Below, piece by piece: positions 50,399 through 60,853 of a stretch of 64,000 nt of DNA (positions are counted from its first letter, which is position 1; each line of letters opens with the position of its first letter). This DNA comes from a bacterium. GTDB taxonomy: Bacteria; Bacteroidota; Bacteroidia; Bacteroidales; Muribaculaceae. The DNA lies in assembly GCA_014802625.1 (NCBI GenBank), contig JAAVBX010000005.1:125879-189878 (forward strand). The letters run 5' to 3'. The position numbers and the translations under genes were made by a program. The notes beneath the pieces were generated by a model, which did no database searches, was not told the origin of the DNA, and worked only from the letters and a program-made list of their open reading frames with translations.

Positions 50399-51262
50399 AT
50401 GAAGAAAAGCATGCTTTTGGTCGGACTCGCAGCCGTGCTCCTCGGCGCTTGCTCCGGCAATGAGAAGAAACTCGCCGAAGACTCAGCTATGATCGCCGGC
50501 CTCAAGATGCAATATAACGAGGCGTCGACTTTCAATGACTCACTCCTCCTCCTCATGGGGGACATTTATACAGGATTGGACTCCATCAACCAGCAGGAGG
50601 GCCTCCTTTATAAGACCGGTGGCGGAGAGGGTGTAGACCGTCGTGATGAAATCCGTCGGAACCTCGCATCGATCCGCGAGCGTCTGGCAGCCAACAAGGC
50701 ACTCCTTGAGGAACTTCAGGCAAAGGCCAAGGCATCGGGTCAGCAGAATGCCGTGCTCAACAAGACTATCGACCAGCTCAAGGCCCGCATCGCCGAGCAG
50801 GACAACCGCATCAACCAGTTGACCGCCGACCTTGAAAAAGCGAAGACCCAGATTACGGAACTCACAGATCAGGTGGCAGAGGGTGAGAAGAAAGTAGAGG
50901 AGGCCAACGCCGCCACAGCCGAGGCAGAGGCTCAGACAGTAGCAGCCGAGAATGAGGCCAACAAGGTCTACTATGCGATCGGCACCAATAAGGAACTCAA
51001 AAAGAATGGTCTTCTCGAGAAGAAATTCCTCGGCACAACCAAAGTGATGCAGGGCGATTTCAATCAGAACTACTTCACCGTGGCCGACAAGCGAACGCTC
51101 ACCAGCATCCCGACAGGCAGCAAGAAAGCAAAGGTAAAGACCAATATGCCGGCTGACAGCTACGAAATCGTAGGGGAGAAGAATGACAATAAAACCCTGA
51201 AGATTACTAATCCGAGCAAATTCTGGAGCCTCAGTCCCTACCTTATCATAGAGGTGGATTGA
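50399..51262 (+). CDS. Coiled-coil lipoprotein
   Basis: LGAC lipobox; long coiled coil; YYAIGT.KEL..FWSLS. Confidence 0.75.
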   Translation: MKKSMLLVGLAAVLLGACSGNEKKLAEDSAMIAGLKMQYNEASTFNDSLLLLMGDIYTGLDSINQQEGLLYKTGGGEGVDRRDEIRRNLASIRERLAANKALLEELQAKAKASGQQNAVLNKTIDQLKARIAEQDNRINQLTADLEKAKTQITELTDQVAEGEKKVEEANAATAEAEAQTVAAENEANKVYYAIGTNKELKKNGLLEKKFLGTTKVMQGDFNQNYFTVADKRTLTSIPTGSKKAKVKTNMPADSYEIVGEKNDNKTLKITNPSKFWSLSPYLIIEVD

Positions 51263-51339
51263 AAACCATAAAAATACAGGGCTATTGCAGAAATAGATTC
51301 TTTTTATTAATTTTGATAAAATTTAATGAAAAGACCCAT

Positions 51340-51912
51340 ATGACTGCAAACCCTGAAAGAATACAACCGGGGAGTCCGGCGGTCATCAAGACCGCCGGAC
51401 TCTATTTTATAATGACTCTGCTTCTACTGACGCTGCTCTCGGGACTGGGGGGGTGTAAGCCGACAGAGAAAAACTACCGGTCGGCCTATGACGTGGCGCG
51501 CGAGAAGCGCGAGCGCGATGAGCGCGAACGGGCGGCCCGACAGGAGGAGATGGGTATGACCGGGAGCGCCATACTCGATCAGGACGGGGTGACAACGGTC
51601 AATATCGACGGACGCGACATGTATGCGCGTCATCTCAATTTCGCCCGGGCCGATTCAGTGGCCGATTATGCCGTGAGCGTGGCCACATTCCGCATGTCGT
51701 CGAATGCGATAGCGATGGCGGCCGATCTCGCATCCGGGGGATATCCGGAGACACGCGCGCTCAAGAGCGGCGAACGATGGTTTCTGATAATAGGCTCCGA
51801 TTCCACACCGGCGGGAGCTCTCGGAATCGCCGACGGATTCTCCGCGTCGAGACCGGATTGGCAATATGTAGGCCAACCGGGGATAATCATGGTCATCGGA
51901 GGGTCGAGATAA
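51340..51912 (+). CDS. SPOR-domain-like lipoprotein
   Basis: GCKPTEKNYRSAY; YAVSVATFR...NA. Confidence 0.65.
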   Translation: MTANPERIQPGSPAVIKTAGLYFIMTLLLLTLLSGLGGCKPTEKNYRSAYDVAREKRERDERERAARQEEMGMTGSAILDQDGVTTVNIDGRDMYARHLNFARADSVADYAVSVATFRMSSNAIAMAADLASGGYPETRALKSGERWFLIIGSDSTPAGALGIADGFSASRPDWQYVGQPGIIMVIGGSR

Positions 51913-52213
51913 TGTCAGTTTGATTGATATTAACAGGGATCTCACCATAAATATTGACGTAAGTCATGGCGTAAAAGATAGACCCGGCGAATTCTGACAT
52001 AATCTGAGATTAAAAAAACATGTAAAATTTGAAAAATAATTGTTTGAAAGTATTGTCATATCTAAAAAAATATTAAATTTGCGCTATGAAGTGGAAAACA
52101 CCCTCCGTGAAGAGGTTGCTGCCCGCTTGACATTCTACCGGAAACCTACCATATTCAACCTAAGATACCAAACGGAATCAAACAACAATAACAAGTCATA
52201 AACACTTAAAAGT

Positions 52214-55200
52214 ATGAGAAAACTGCTTTTACTCATGGTCAGTGTGATGATGTGCGCGATAGGGCTGCAAGCCCAGAACCGCACGATTCACGGCACCGTG
52301 CTCGACGCCTCGAACAACGAGCCGTTGATCGGTGCAACCATCATGCCGGTCGGTGGCGGCAACGGAACGGCTGCCGATATCGACGGACATTTCACTCTAA
52401 CCGTGCCTGCGACGGTCAAGAAAGCGCAGGTGTCATATGTAGGCTTCACGACGAAGACTGTCGACCTCAAGCCTGACATGACGATTTATCTTGACGCATC
52501 ATCCACATCACTTGACGACCTTGTGGTCGTGGCCTACGGTACGGCTACCAAGGAGTCACTCACCGGTTCTGTGGCCGTCGTGGGTTCGAAAGAGATCGAG
52601 GAGCGTCCCGTAACCAGCGTTACGGCGGCCCTTGAGGGTAATGCCCCGGGTGTTCAGGTGAACAATACAGTGGGTCAACCCGGTTCAGCACCTACGATCC
52701 GTATCCGTGGTTTCAACTCGATCAATGGCGACAATAGCCCTCTTTATGTTGTTGACGGTATCCCCTACAACGGTTCTATTTCCGACCTTAACCCGGCCGA
52801 TATCGAATCGATGTCAGTGCTTAAGGACGCCGCTTCGGCAGCGCTTTATGGTAACAAGGGTGCCAATGGTGTGATCCTTATCACTACCAAACGCGCGAAG
52901 AATGTGGGTCAGGTAGATGTGACTCTGCAGATTCGTCAGGGTATGTACACTAAGGGTATTCCCAACTACGATCGTCTTGAGGCAAGCGATTGGATGCAAG
53001 TAGCATTCAACGGTGCCGTTGCCGGTGCAGTATCAAGTGGCGCATATCCCAACTATGAGGCCGCTCTTGCAGATTATCAGTCAAACTTTATTTCGGCATA
53101 TGCAAGAAACAATGTGTTCGGTGTTGCCGACAACATGCTCTTCGACGCCAACGGTCGTTTCATCGGAGGCAATCCTCTTCCCGGTTATACCGACCTTGAC
53201 TGGTGGGATGCTGTAAGCGTGAAGTCAGGCTACCGTCAGGAATACAACGTCAACGCTGCAGCCGCAACCGAGAAGTACAACGTATTCGCATCGGTCGGTT
53301 ACCTGAAGGAGCATGGTTATACCATCTCTACCGACTTCGAGCGCTTCAATGCCCGTGTGACAGCCAACTATAACCCGACCTCCTATCTCAAGTTCGGTAT
53401 CAACCTCGCCGCAACTCAGCAGGAGACCGAGGCTCTGGCCAATGACTCCGGTTCAAGTCAGGAGAATATCTTCAATACCCAGAGCATGGCTCCTATCTAT
53501 CCCTACTATCAGCACGATGCCGATGGCAATATCATATATGCTAACGGAGAACCCGTCTGGAACCAGGCAGGTTACTTGTCAGGTGCCAACATCGGTTATA
53601 CCGCGCGCGCTGATAAAACCAACAATTCCGCTACAGTAATCGACGGCTCAATTTATGGTACAGCCGTACTCCCTTACGATTTTGAACTCACAGTGCGTGG
53701 TACGATGCACCGCGATAAGACCAACAGCTACAATACCAACAATAAGGTCATGGGCTCCGGCGCTGCAAGTAACGGCGCAATCTCACGTATGTTCTGGGAT
53801 ATTCGTCAGCACACATTCCTTCAGGAACTCAACTGGGGTCACGATTATGGTTTGAATCACGTCGATGTTCTGCTTCATCATGAGAACACTACCTTCCGTC
53901 AGGAATACAATAGTGTTACAGCCAGCAATGAGATGTATCCCGATAATTTCAACCTCAGCAACTATGTGCCCGATGAGGAGCACGCGGTGCGTATCGGCGG
54001 TGCAATAGGTGAGACTCATGATGAATCATATCTCGGTCGCGCCCGTTACAACTGGAACCAGCGCTACTTCGGTGAATTCTCTATCCGTCGTGATGGCACA
54101 TCCCGCTTCTCCAAGAATAACCGTTGGGGTACATTCTGGAGCCTTGGTGCAAGCTGGGTAATCTCGAAAGAGAAATTCATGCAGAATCTCGTATGGCTTG
54201 ATTATCTGAAGTTGCGTGCTGCCTATGGTTCGGTAGGTAACTGTACTTCAGCCAGCGCGTATGCTTATTGGTCGCTCTACGCTTATCCCGGTCTCGCTTA
54301 TCAGGGAGCATATCCTATCTTCCCCGTGCAGCTTGCAGCCGACAATGTTAAGTGGGAGGCTACGAAGACACTCGACGTCGCTTTGGAGGGATCACTCTTC
54401 AACCAGCGTCTCGGATTCAGCGTGGGCTTCTTCCATAAGACTAACTCCGATCTTCTCTTCAATGAGGCCATGCCGCTTTCAGCCGGTACAATCCAAAACT
54501 CAGGCAGTAATCCGACAGTGCTGAAGAACATCGGCGCGATGCGTAATGTCGGCTGGGAGATTGCTGTGAACGGTGACGTGATCAGAAACAGAGATTTCGT
54601 ATGGAGCCTTCAGGCCGACGCAACTCTTTACAAGAACACGGTGACTCGTCTTCCCAACCATCGCACGACTTACGGTCTCGGTTCAATCCGTGAAGAGGGT
54701 CTCTCAATCTACGAATTTTATCTATATCCTTATGCCGGTGTGGATCAGCTGACCGGTCAGAGCCTTTATGAGATACGCAAGGACTCATACAGCTATTACA
54801 CATATTCAGGTGATGATCTCGTATTCAGCGAGGATCAGTACAACACTATGATCGAACGCTGCCGTGAAGAGGGTACTTTGGTGGAGTATGGAGGTAAGCT
54901 TTACACAACTGACCCCAACTGCGCAGGTCTGGTAAAATGCGGTACATCGCTCCCGACAGTCTATGGTTCATTCGGCACAAATCTCTCATGGAAGGGTCTG
55001 ACAGTTTCAGCTCTCTTCACATATAGCCTCGGAGGCAAGACCCTTGACTCCAACTACGCTTCATATATGATGGTAGCTGACCAGCCGTCAGCAATCCACA
55101 AGGACATGCTCAAGGCATGGACCGAGGCTCCTGCCGGGATGACTGCCGACAGCCCCAACCGAATCGATCCCAATGGTGTCGCTCAGGCTAACACTTATCT

Positions 55201-55471
55201 TGGCTCAAGAAGCACGACTTCCTATAGCACCCGCTTCCTGACAAGCAGTGACTATCTTGTATTCAAGAATCTCAACATCGGTTATGATCTTCCCCGCAAA
55301 TGGGTCAATACTCTTCAGATGCAGAATCTCAACGTAGCAGTTTCAATCGATAACCTCTTCACTGCCACACGCCGCAAGGGTATGAACCCGCAGCAGAGTT
55401 TCGCGGGTGGTCAGAGCACATCCTATGTGACTGCACGAGTGTTCAGCTTCCAGCTTACCGGACGATTCTAA
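52214..55471 (+). CDS. SusC/RagA TonB-linked outer membrane transporter
   Basis: LDDLVVVAYG, PLYVVDG, LKDAASAALYG..GANGVILITTK, C-terminal F. Confidence 0.95.
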   Translation: MRKLLLLMVSVMMCAIGLQAQNRTIHGTVLDASNNEPLIGATIMPVGGGNGTAADIDGHFTLTVPATVKKAQVSYVGFTTKTVDLKPDMTIYLDASSTSLDDLVVVAYGTATKESLTGSVAVVGSKEIEERPVTSVTAALEGNAPGVQVNNTVGQPGSAPTIRIRGFNSINGDNSPLYVVDGIPYNGSISDLNPADIESMSVLKDAASAALYGNKGANGVILITTKRAKNVGQVDVTLQIRQGMYTKGIPNYDRLEASDWMQVAFNGAVAGAVSSGAYPNYEAALADYQSNFISAYARNNVFGVADNMLFDANGRFIGGNPLPGYTDLDWWDAVSVKSGYRQEYNVNAAAATEKYNVFASVGYLKEHGYTISTDFERFNARVTANYNPTSYLKFGINLAATQQETEALANDSGSSQENIFNTQSMAPIYPYYQHDADGNIIYANGEPVWNQAGYLSGANIGYTARADKTNNSATVIDGSIYGTAVLPYDFELTVRGTMHRDKTNSYNTNNKVMGSGAASNGAISRMFWDIRQHTFLQELNWGHDYGLNHVDVLLHHENTTFRQEYNSVTASNEMYPDNFNLSNYVPDEEHAVRIGGAIGETHDESYLGRARYNWNQRYFGEFSIRRDGTSRFSKNNRWGTFWSLGASWVISKEKFMQNLVWLDYLKLRAAYGSVGNCTSASAYAYWSLYAYPGLAYQGAYPIFPVQLAADNVKWEATKTLDVALEGSLFNQRLGFSVGFFHKTNSDLLFNEAMPLSAGTIQNSGSNPTVLKNIGAMRNVGWEIAVNGDVIRNRDFVWSLQADATLYKNTVTRLPNHRTTYGLGSIREEGLSIYEFYLYPYAGVDQLTGQSLYEIRKDSYSYYTYSGDDLVFSEDQYNTMIERCREEGTLVEYGGKLYTTDPNCAGLVKCGTSLPTVYGSFGTNLSWKGLTVSALFTYSLGGKTLDSNYASYMMVADQPSAIHKDMLKAWTEAPAGMTADSPNRIDPNGVAQANTYLGSRSTTSYSTRFLTSSDYLVFKNLNIGYDLPRKWVNTLQMQNLNVAVSIDNLFTATRRKGMNPQQSFAGGQSTSYVTARVFSFQLTGRF

Positions 55472-55504
55472 CAAAAGCTCTACCTCACATCAAATCAAGA
55501 AACA

Positions 55505-57175
55505 ATGAAAAAACTAATCACACCGGCATTGGCTCTGACAGTGGCAGCCGGTATATTCACGGGTTGCTCCTCCGATTATCTTGAGACCGCGCCTGTCACG
55601 GAAGTCTCCGCGGCTGTCGTGCAGACGACTCAGGAGGGAGCTCAAGCCGCTCTCAACGGCCTTTGCTACTCCATGTATTACCAGGAGTCGGATCTTTTCG
55701 ATTACCTCTTCATGAATGGAGAGCCGTATGTACAGACAGTATGGGGTGAAATTTTCGGTCAGGATTATTATTCCTATATGTGGTCCAATCAGACCGGTTC
55801 GAACTACAAGTGGCAGGCCAATGCCAATGCCAACGGTTGGATGACAATGATTCCGTGGTCGTACTGCTACAACCTCATCAATCAGGCGAATACTATCCTC
55901 AAGGGAATAGACGATATCAACGGAGACCGCGAGGTGCTTGACTTCATCAAGGCTCAGGCCCTGTCGATCAGAGCTCACGCGTATACGCGCTTGCTTCAGA
56001 TCTATTCCTATCGCTGGGAACGCACGGACAATGGTAATAAATATTGTGTAGTTTTGCGTACCGAGCCCGGAACGGATGCCGCTCCTCTTGCAACAATGAA
56101 TGAGGTGCTTTCTCAGATCTATTCAGATCTTGACACCGCAGTGGAAATCTTCAAAAATTCCACCGCCACCCGTACTTACAACTGGGAACCAGATCTGAGC
56201 GTGGCTCAAGGTCTGTATGCTCGCGCCGCACTTCTTAAGGATGATTGGCAGACAGCTCAGCAGATGGCTCATGACGCGCGTCAGGCTTACCCTGTGATGT
56301 CGGCTGAGGAATATAAGGCAGGTTTCAACAGCCCCACAAAAGAATGGATATGGTCCGGCTATAATGGTGGTGAGACATGGTTCACAACATGGGGTATGAT
56401 GTTCTGCTGCAACGGTGCTTATCCCGGCGTATGGGGTCTTGGTGCCGGTTCGATCAACTATGAGCTCTACCGTCAGTTCCCCGATGGTGATATCCGTGCG
56501 GATCTCTTCTTCACTCCTGACAAGATCATCGGTAACCGTCCTGCCAAGTCAAGCTTCTGGAATCAAAGTTATTGCGATCCCGCTTCCATGAACCTCATGA
56601 AGAACCAGGTAATGAAAGCGCAGATCCATGCGTTTGAAGATAACAGCTATCCCACGGATAAATCAGTCAACTGGCCGAAGCCTTACAATAACTTCCAGAC
56701 CGGTAACGATGATGAATCATATGTTGTGTTCGGAGCACAGTTCAAGTTCTGGTCACGCGACGACTACGGCTCGGGTTACTACTGTTACATGCGTGGTTCA
56801 GAGATGTTGCTGATCGAGGCTGAGGCAGCCTGCCATAACAATCAGCCCAATGTCGCTATCGCGAACCTCAAGGAGCTGAATGCCCAGCGTAATCCGAATT
56901 ACACATGTAATCTCAGCGGAGACGCGCTTCTTGACGAAGTCAAGCTTCAGCGTAGATTCGAACTCTGGGGTGAAGGTTTCAACTGGTTTGACCTGAAGCG
57001 TTGGAACATGCCTATGATCCGTAAGCCTTGGATTGAGAAGGATGTGGATTCAAATAATATCCCTCAGGCAGACGCACTTGAGAAGCAGCCTGACGACCGC
57101 GGCTGGAAATTCGCTGTTCCGACCAATGAATCCCGCTATAATCCTCTGGTAGACCGTACGCTTGTGGATGATTAA
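55505..57175 (+). CDS. SusD/RagB lipoprotein
   Basis: TGC lipobox; EMLLIEAEA; RRFELWGEG..WFDLKRW. Confidence 0.93.
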   Translation: MKKLITPALALTVAAGIFTGCSSDYLETAPVTEVSAAVVQTTQEGAQAALNGLCYSMYYQESDLFDYLFMNGEPYVQTVWGEIFGQDYYSYMWSNQTGSNYKWQANANANGWMTMIPWSYCYNLINQANTILKGIDDINGDREVLDFIKAQALSIRAHAYTRLLQIYSYRWERTDNGNKYCVVLRTEPGTDAAPLATMNEVLSQIYSDLDTAVEIFKNSTATRTYNWEPDLSVAQGLYARAALLKDDWQTAQQMAHDARQAYPVMSAEEYKAGFNSPTKEWIWSGYNGGETWFTTWGMMFCCNGAYPGVWGLGAGSINYELYRQFPDGDIRADLFFTPDKIIGNRPAKSSFWNQSYCDPASMNLMKNQVMKAQIHAFEDNSYPTDKSVNWPKPYNNFQTGNDDESYVVFGAQFKFWSRDDYGSGYYCYMRGSEMLLIEAEAACHNNQPNVAIANLKELNAQRNPNYTCNLSGDALLDEVKLQRRFELWGEGFNWFDLKRWNMPMIRKPWIEKDVDSNNIPQADALEKQPDDRGWKFAVPTNESRYNPLVDRTLVDD

Positions 57176-57206
57176 TTCCAACCGACCCACTGCAAACTGA
57201 TATGAT

Positions 57207-57246
57207 ATCGGGCCAATCCTGACACTCAGGACTGGCCCGATTTTTT
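57207..57246 (+). terminator. Intrinsic terminator
   Basis: atcgggccaatcctga...tcaggactggcccgatttttt. Confidence 0.8.
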
Positions 57247-57463
57247 AGATCTTGATCCGTCGTAAACAAATATTGTGGATCAAGGACCTGAATATATTCA
57301 CTTGAATTATAAATTTTGACTTATCTCCAAGATTTTTAACTGAAAACTTGTATAACTCAAAAATGTTTTTTAATTTTGTCGGTGAGAGTATTGGAAAATA
57401 AGCCATTACTCAGATTACACTTGATTCAACATATTTAACTTAACTTCAATTTAACTAAGGACA

Positions 57464-59095
57464 ATGAAGAAAATCTTTACGATTCTCCTCGGGCTGGCTG
57501 CCACTTCTACTGCGATGGCAGCAGTCACCTCTGCTCCTGTAGAGCGCAAGCTTTTGCTGGATGCAGAGAAGAAAGCGCAGTTGGAGGTAGCCTTCCAGCA
57601 GTCGTTGGCAACTTCGAACGATGTTGAAGTCTATACCCGCACATGGAACGACGGCAAAGGTGGCACATGGGAGCTTCAGCTCACATATACCGGCCTGACC
57701 CTTCTCCAGGCTTTCCCGGATTGGACTGAAATTCATGAGATGTTTGCCGATGGAGACCTCTTCCTTCCGCGAATTCAGCTTGCAAATTTCAACGCTCAGA
57801 ACACCCCCACAGACTATATCATCGGTTTCCTCGAGTGGCCTTCGATGTATTGGTATCAGCAGAGATTCGAGTATGACAATTATGATGTTCCTGTAGCAGA
57901 GCGTGATCAGAATATCGTTCCTCCCTCGGTGCTTTGCAACAATCCCAATCTTGTCAGCTTGTTCACTGAGTGTGAATATGTAGGTTTTGGTGCCGACACA
58001 TGGTACATGCTCCCGACTTCCGAGCTCGGTTCAGTGCTCTATCAGGGACAGGAAGCTCAAACTGTCATGACCGATAATTTCGGCGGTACTTTCGATTTCA
58101 GAGCATTTGACGTAGAGGAAGGCTCAATAGACTTCGTCTTCAACTTCCCCGTGCAGGTTGGAGCAAGAACCGCAAAATTGTCAGGCAACTATACAGGCAC
58201 AGCCATTGTGAAGGGTTTCGAGCCCCGCTATATCACTTCACCTGAGCTTGGAAGCATCCATCTTTTCAACGGTGGCCTTATCAGCAGCGAGCTCGTAGGT
58301 GATGAGAATCCTTTCGGTGTGGATTTCGATGAGCTTACTCAGTTCTTCCTGATGGCGATTGTCGACGGTATGGATGTGCCTGCCAATGCAACAGTAGGTC
58401 CGTTCAATCCCGACAAACTCGGCTTTGCTCCTACCAGCGAGAACAGCGTTCCGGAAGATAAGGATTTCTTCTACTATGACGGCTATCTCTTCGGCGATCC
58501 GAGCTATGCAAAGGATATCAACAAGGATCCGGTTGATCAGAAATTTACTCTTGATGAGGGTGAATGGTTCCAGATTCCCGGCACAAATCAGGGCTACATC
58601 TCCGTTACTCCCGCTGAGAATATGTTCGTATGCTCATTCGAGGATGACGAATGGTCAGATATCTACGGTATGAAGGTGGCTTGTCAGGGTATGTGGTATA
58701 ATGGCATGTGCGAACCCTCCACAATCGAGTGGGGCACAACTGCCGGTTTCGTTGCCAACATGTCCAACACTTATTCAGAGTATCTGACTTCATTCGGCAC
58801 TAAGAATATCATCTACCACTACGATCCGACCGATATGTCGAAGACTCGCGAGATCGCATCTGTAGGTGACCGTGAATACACTGCAGTCAAGGGTGTATCT
58901 GTTGACAGCGACGTTAAGGTTATCGCTCGCGACGGCATGATCAATGTTGTTGCAGGTGAGAATGCTCCTATCGCAATCTTCACACTCGACGGCAAGCTCG
59001 TGAAGGCTACAAAGGCTTCAGAGGTATCCGTAGAGGCTCCCAAGGGCATGTATGTTGTCCGCGTAGGCAACAAGGCCAAGAAGGTTGTTCTCTAA
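57464..59095 (+). CDS. Secreted hypothetical protein with T9SS-like CTD
   Basis: Signal peptide; IFTLDGK...GMYVVRVG..KKVVL tail. Confidence 0.75.
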   Translation: MKKIFTILLGLAATSTAMAAVTSAPVERKLLLDAEKKAQLEVAFQQSLATSNDVEVYTRTWNDGKGGTWELQLTYTGLTLLQAFPDWTEIHEMFADGDLFLPRIQLANFNAQNTPTDYIIGFLEWPSMYWYQQRFEYDNYDVPVAERDQNIVPPSVLCNNPNLVSLFTECEYVGFGADTWYMLPTSELGSVLYQGQEAQTVMTDNFGGTFDFRAFDVEEGSIDFVFNFPVQVGARTAKLSGNYTGTAIVKGFEPRYITSPELGSIHLFNGGLISSELVGDENPFGVDFDELTQFFLMAIVDGMDVPANATVGPFNPDKLGFAPTSENSVPEDKDFFYYDGYLFGDPSYAKDINKDPVDQKFTLDEGEWFQIPGTNQGYISVTPAENMFVCSFEDDEWSDIYGMKVACQGMWYNGMCEPSTIEWGTTAGFVANMSNTYSEYLTSFGTKNIIYHYDPTDMSKTREIASVGDREYTAVKGVSVDSDVKVIARDGMINVVAGENAPIAIFTLDGKLVKATKASEVSVEAPKGMYVVRVGNKAKKVVL

Positions 59096-59122
59096 TCAGA
59101 ATTCTCCACGAATCCAATAAAA

Positions 59123-59230
59123 AGGGGCGGCTCCATCCGGAGTCGCCCCTGATTTATACCCGTAATCCATTGAACTCTATTCCTCGACAAAAGCGTCCGC
59201 CCATCAAATTCGATGAGCGGACGCTTTTGT
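59123..59230. terminator. Two hairpins between convergent genes
   Basis: aggggcggctcc/ggagtcgcccct; acaaaagcgtccgc/gcggacgcttttgt. Confidence 0.75.
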
Positions 59231-59260
59231 ATATCCACGTATGTGAATCAGAGGTATCTG

Positions 59261-60478
59261 TCAGGCCATATAGGAATCCTTGAAGCCAAGGAAATAAAGG
59301 ACGCCGTCGATGCCTATGGTGGAGATGCTTTGCGCTGCCTCGGCCTTTACTTTCGGCTTGGCATGGAATGCGATGCCGAGACCGGCCGTGGATAGCATCG
59401 GAAGGTCGTTGGCACCGTCGCCGACGGCAATGGTCTGCGCGATGTCGATGTTCTCCACTTGCGCTATAAGGCGCAGCAGATCGCGTTTACGCGCACCGTC
59501 GACGATATCTCCGACGTAGCGACCCGTAAGTTTGCCGTCGTCGCCAACCTCAAGTTCATTGGCATAGACATAGTCGAAGCCGAAGCGTTGTTTCAGATAA
59601 TCGCCGAAATATTTGAATCCGCCCGAAAGGATTGCCGTCTTATATCCGGAGCGTTTCAGAACCTTCATCAGGCGCTCCACACCCTCCGTTATGGGGAGAC
59701 TCTCGGCTATCTCCTGCATGACAGATATATCAAGTCCTTTGAGCAGAGCCACACGACGGGTGAAACTCTCCTTGAAGTCAATCTCACCACGCATGGCAGA
59801 CTCGGTGATGGCCCGCACCTCCTCGCCGACACCGGCACGGTCGGCCAATTCATCGATCACTTCCGTCCGGATGAGAGTGGAATCCATATCGAAGCATATC
59901 AGGCGACGGCTACGCCGGTACATATTGTCCTCCTGCAGGGAGATGTCGAAATTGAGTTGGGAGGCGAGACGCATGAAGTCGGCCTGCATCGCCTCGCGGT
60001 CGGAGGGGGTGCCGCGCACTGACATCTCGATACATCCCTTCGTCAGAGGCTGCTGCGACTCATCGAGGGGCATGCGCCCCGTAAGGCGTTGTATGGTCTC
60101 GATATTCAATCCCTGGTCAGAGATGATGCGGGAGACTTCGGCAATCTGCCGGGCGGTAATTTCGCGTCCGAGAATAGTCACGATGTAGCGGTTCTTTCCC
60201 TGACGGCTGACCCATTCATTGTAGGCCGCAGGGGAAACGATATCGAAAGTCACCTGCACCTGGAGGTCGCGCGTCTTGAAGAGAATCTCCTTCAGAATTT
60301 CGCCGCTTTTGGCACTGTCGGTTTTAATGAGAATTCCGAGAGAGAGGGTGTGATGGATATCGGCCTGACCTATATCGAGAATCTTGGCATCATAATTGGC
60401 CAGAATCTCGGTCAGACTCGCGGTGATGCCGCTCTTGTCGGCACCGGATATGTTGAGCAATATGAGTTCGGTCTCCAT
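59261..60478 (-). CDS. serB: Phosphoserine phosphatase with ACT domains
   Basis: Two ACT domains; FDMDSTLI, SGGF, GDGANDL. Confidence 0.95.
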   Translation of the reverse strand: METELILLNISGADKSGITASLTEILANYDAKILDIGQADIHHTLSLGILIKTDSAKSGEILKEILFKTRDLQVQVTFDIVSPAAYNEWVSRQGKNRYIVTILGREITARQIAEVSRIISDQGLNIETIQRLTGRMPLDESQQPLTKGCIEMSVRGTPSDREAMQADFMRLASQLNFDISLQEDNMYRRSRRLICFDMDSTLIRTEVIDELADRAGVGEEVRAITESAMRGEIDFKESFTRRVALLKGLDISVMQEIAESLPITEGVERLMKVLKRSGYKTAILSGGFKYFGDYLKQRFGFDYVYANELEVGDDGKLTGRYVGDIVDGARKRDLLRLIAQVENIDIAQTIAVGDGANDLPMLSTAGLGIAFHAKPKVKAEAAQSISTIGIDGVLYFLGFKDSYMA

Positions 60479-60498
60479 TCGTATCTAATATTTGAGGT

Positions 60499-60840
60499 TC
60501 AGACGGGGCGGCGACCCGAGCGCTTGAAGCCGCGCTGCCCGCGACGGGGATTGGCCGGGAACCAGCCCTTGCGGACACGCTCGCGCTGCTCCTTGACTTC
60601 GAGAATCGACCAGAAACAGGAGAATGATGTCACGCCGCAGAGAATCGAGGCGGTGCCGGAGGTCATCAGAGAGGCTATGAGCGTAAGGATGCCCCCTGTG
60701 AGGAAAAGCCAGTTGCAGCGTTGCCCCATATAGTATTCACCCTTGATGACGAGCGGATGGAAGAGCCCGATGATAAGGAAGGTCATCAAGCCGATGACCA
60801 CCCCCTGAAGATTGTATTGAGTAAGGAATTCGTGAATCAT
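60499..60840 (-). CDS. DUF4491-like membrane protein
   Basis: IIGLFHPLVIKGEY, EQRERVRKGWFP.NP. Confidence 0.75.
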   Translation of the reverse strand: MIHEFLTQYNLQGVVIGLMTFLIIGLFHPLVIKGEYYMGQRCNWLFLTGGILTLIASLMTSGTASILCGVTSFSCFWSILEVKEQRERVRKGWFPANPRRGQRGFKRSGRRPV

Positions 60841-60853
60841 AATCTGATTATTA

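Noticed and set aside
52000-57250. Invertible promoter or susC shufflon
   Set aside because: No recombinase, silent cassettes or flanking inverted repeats seen
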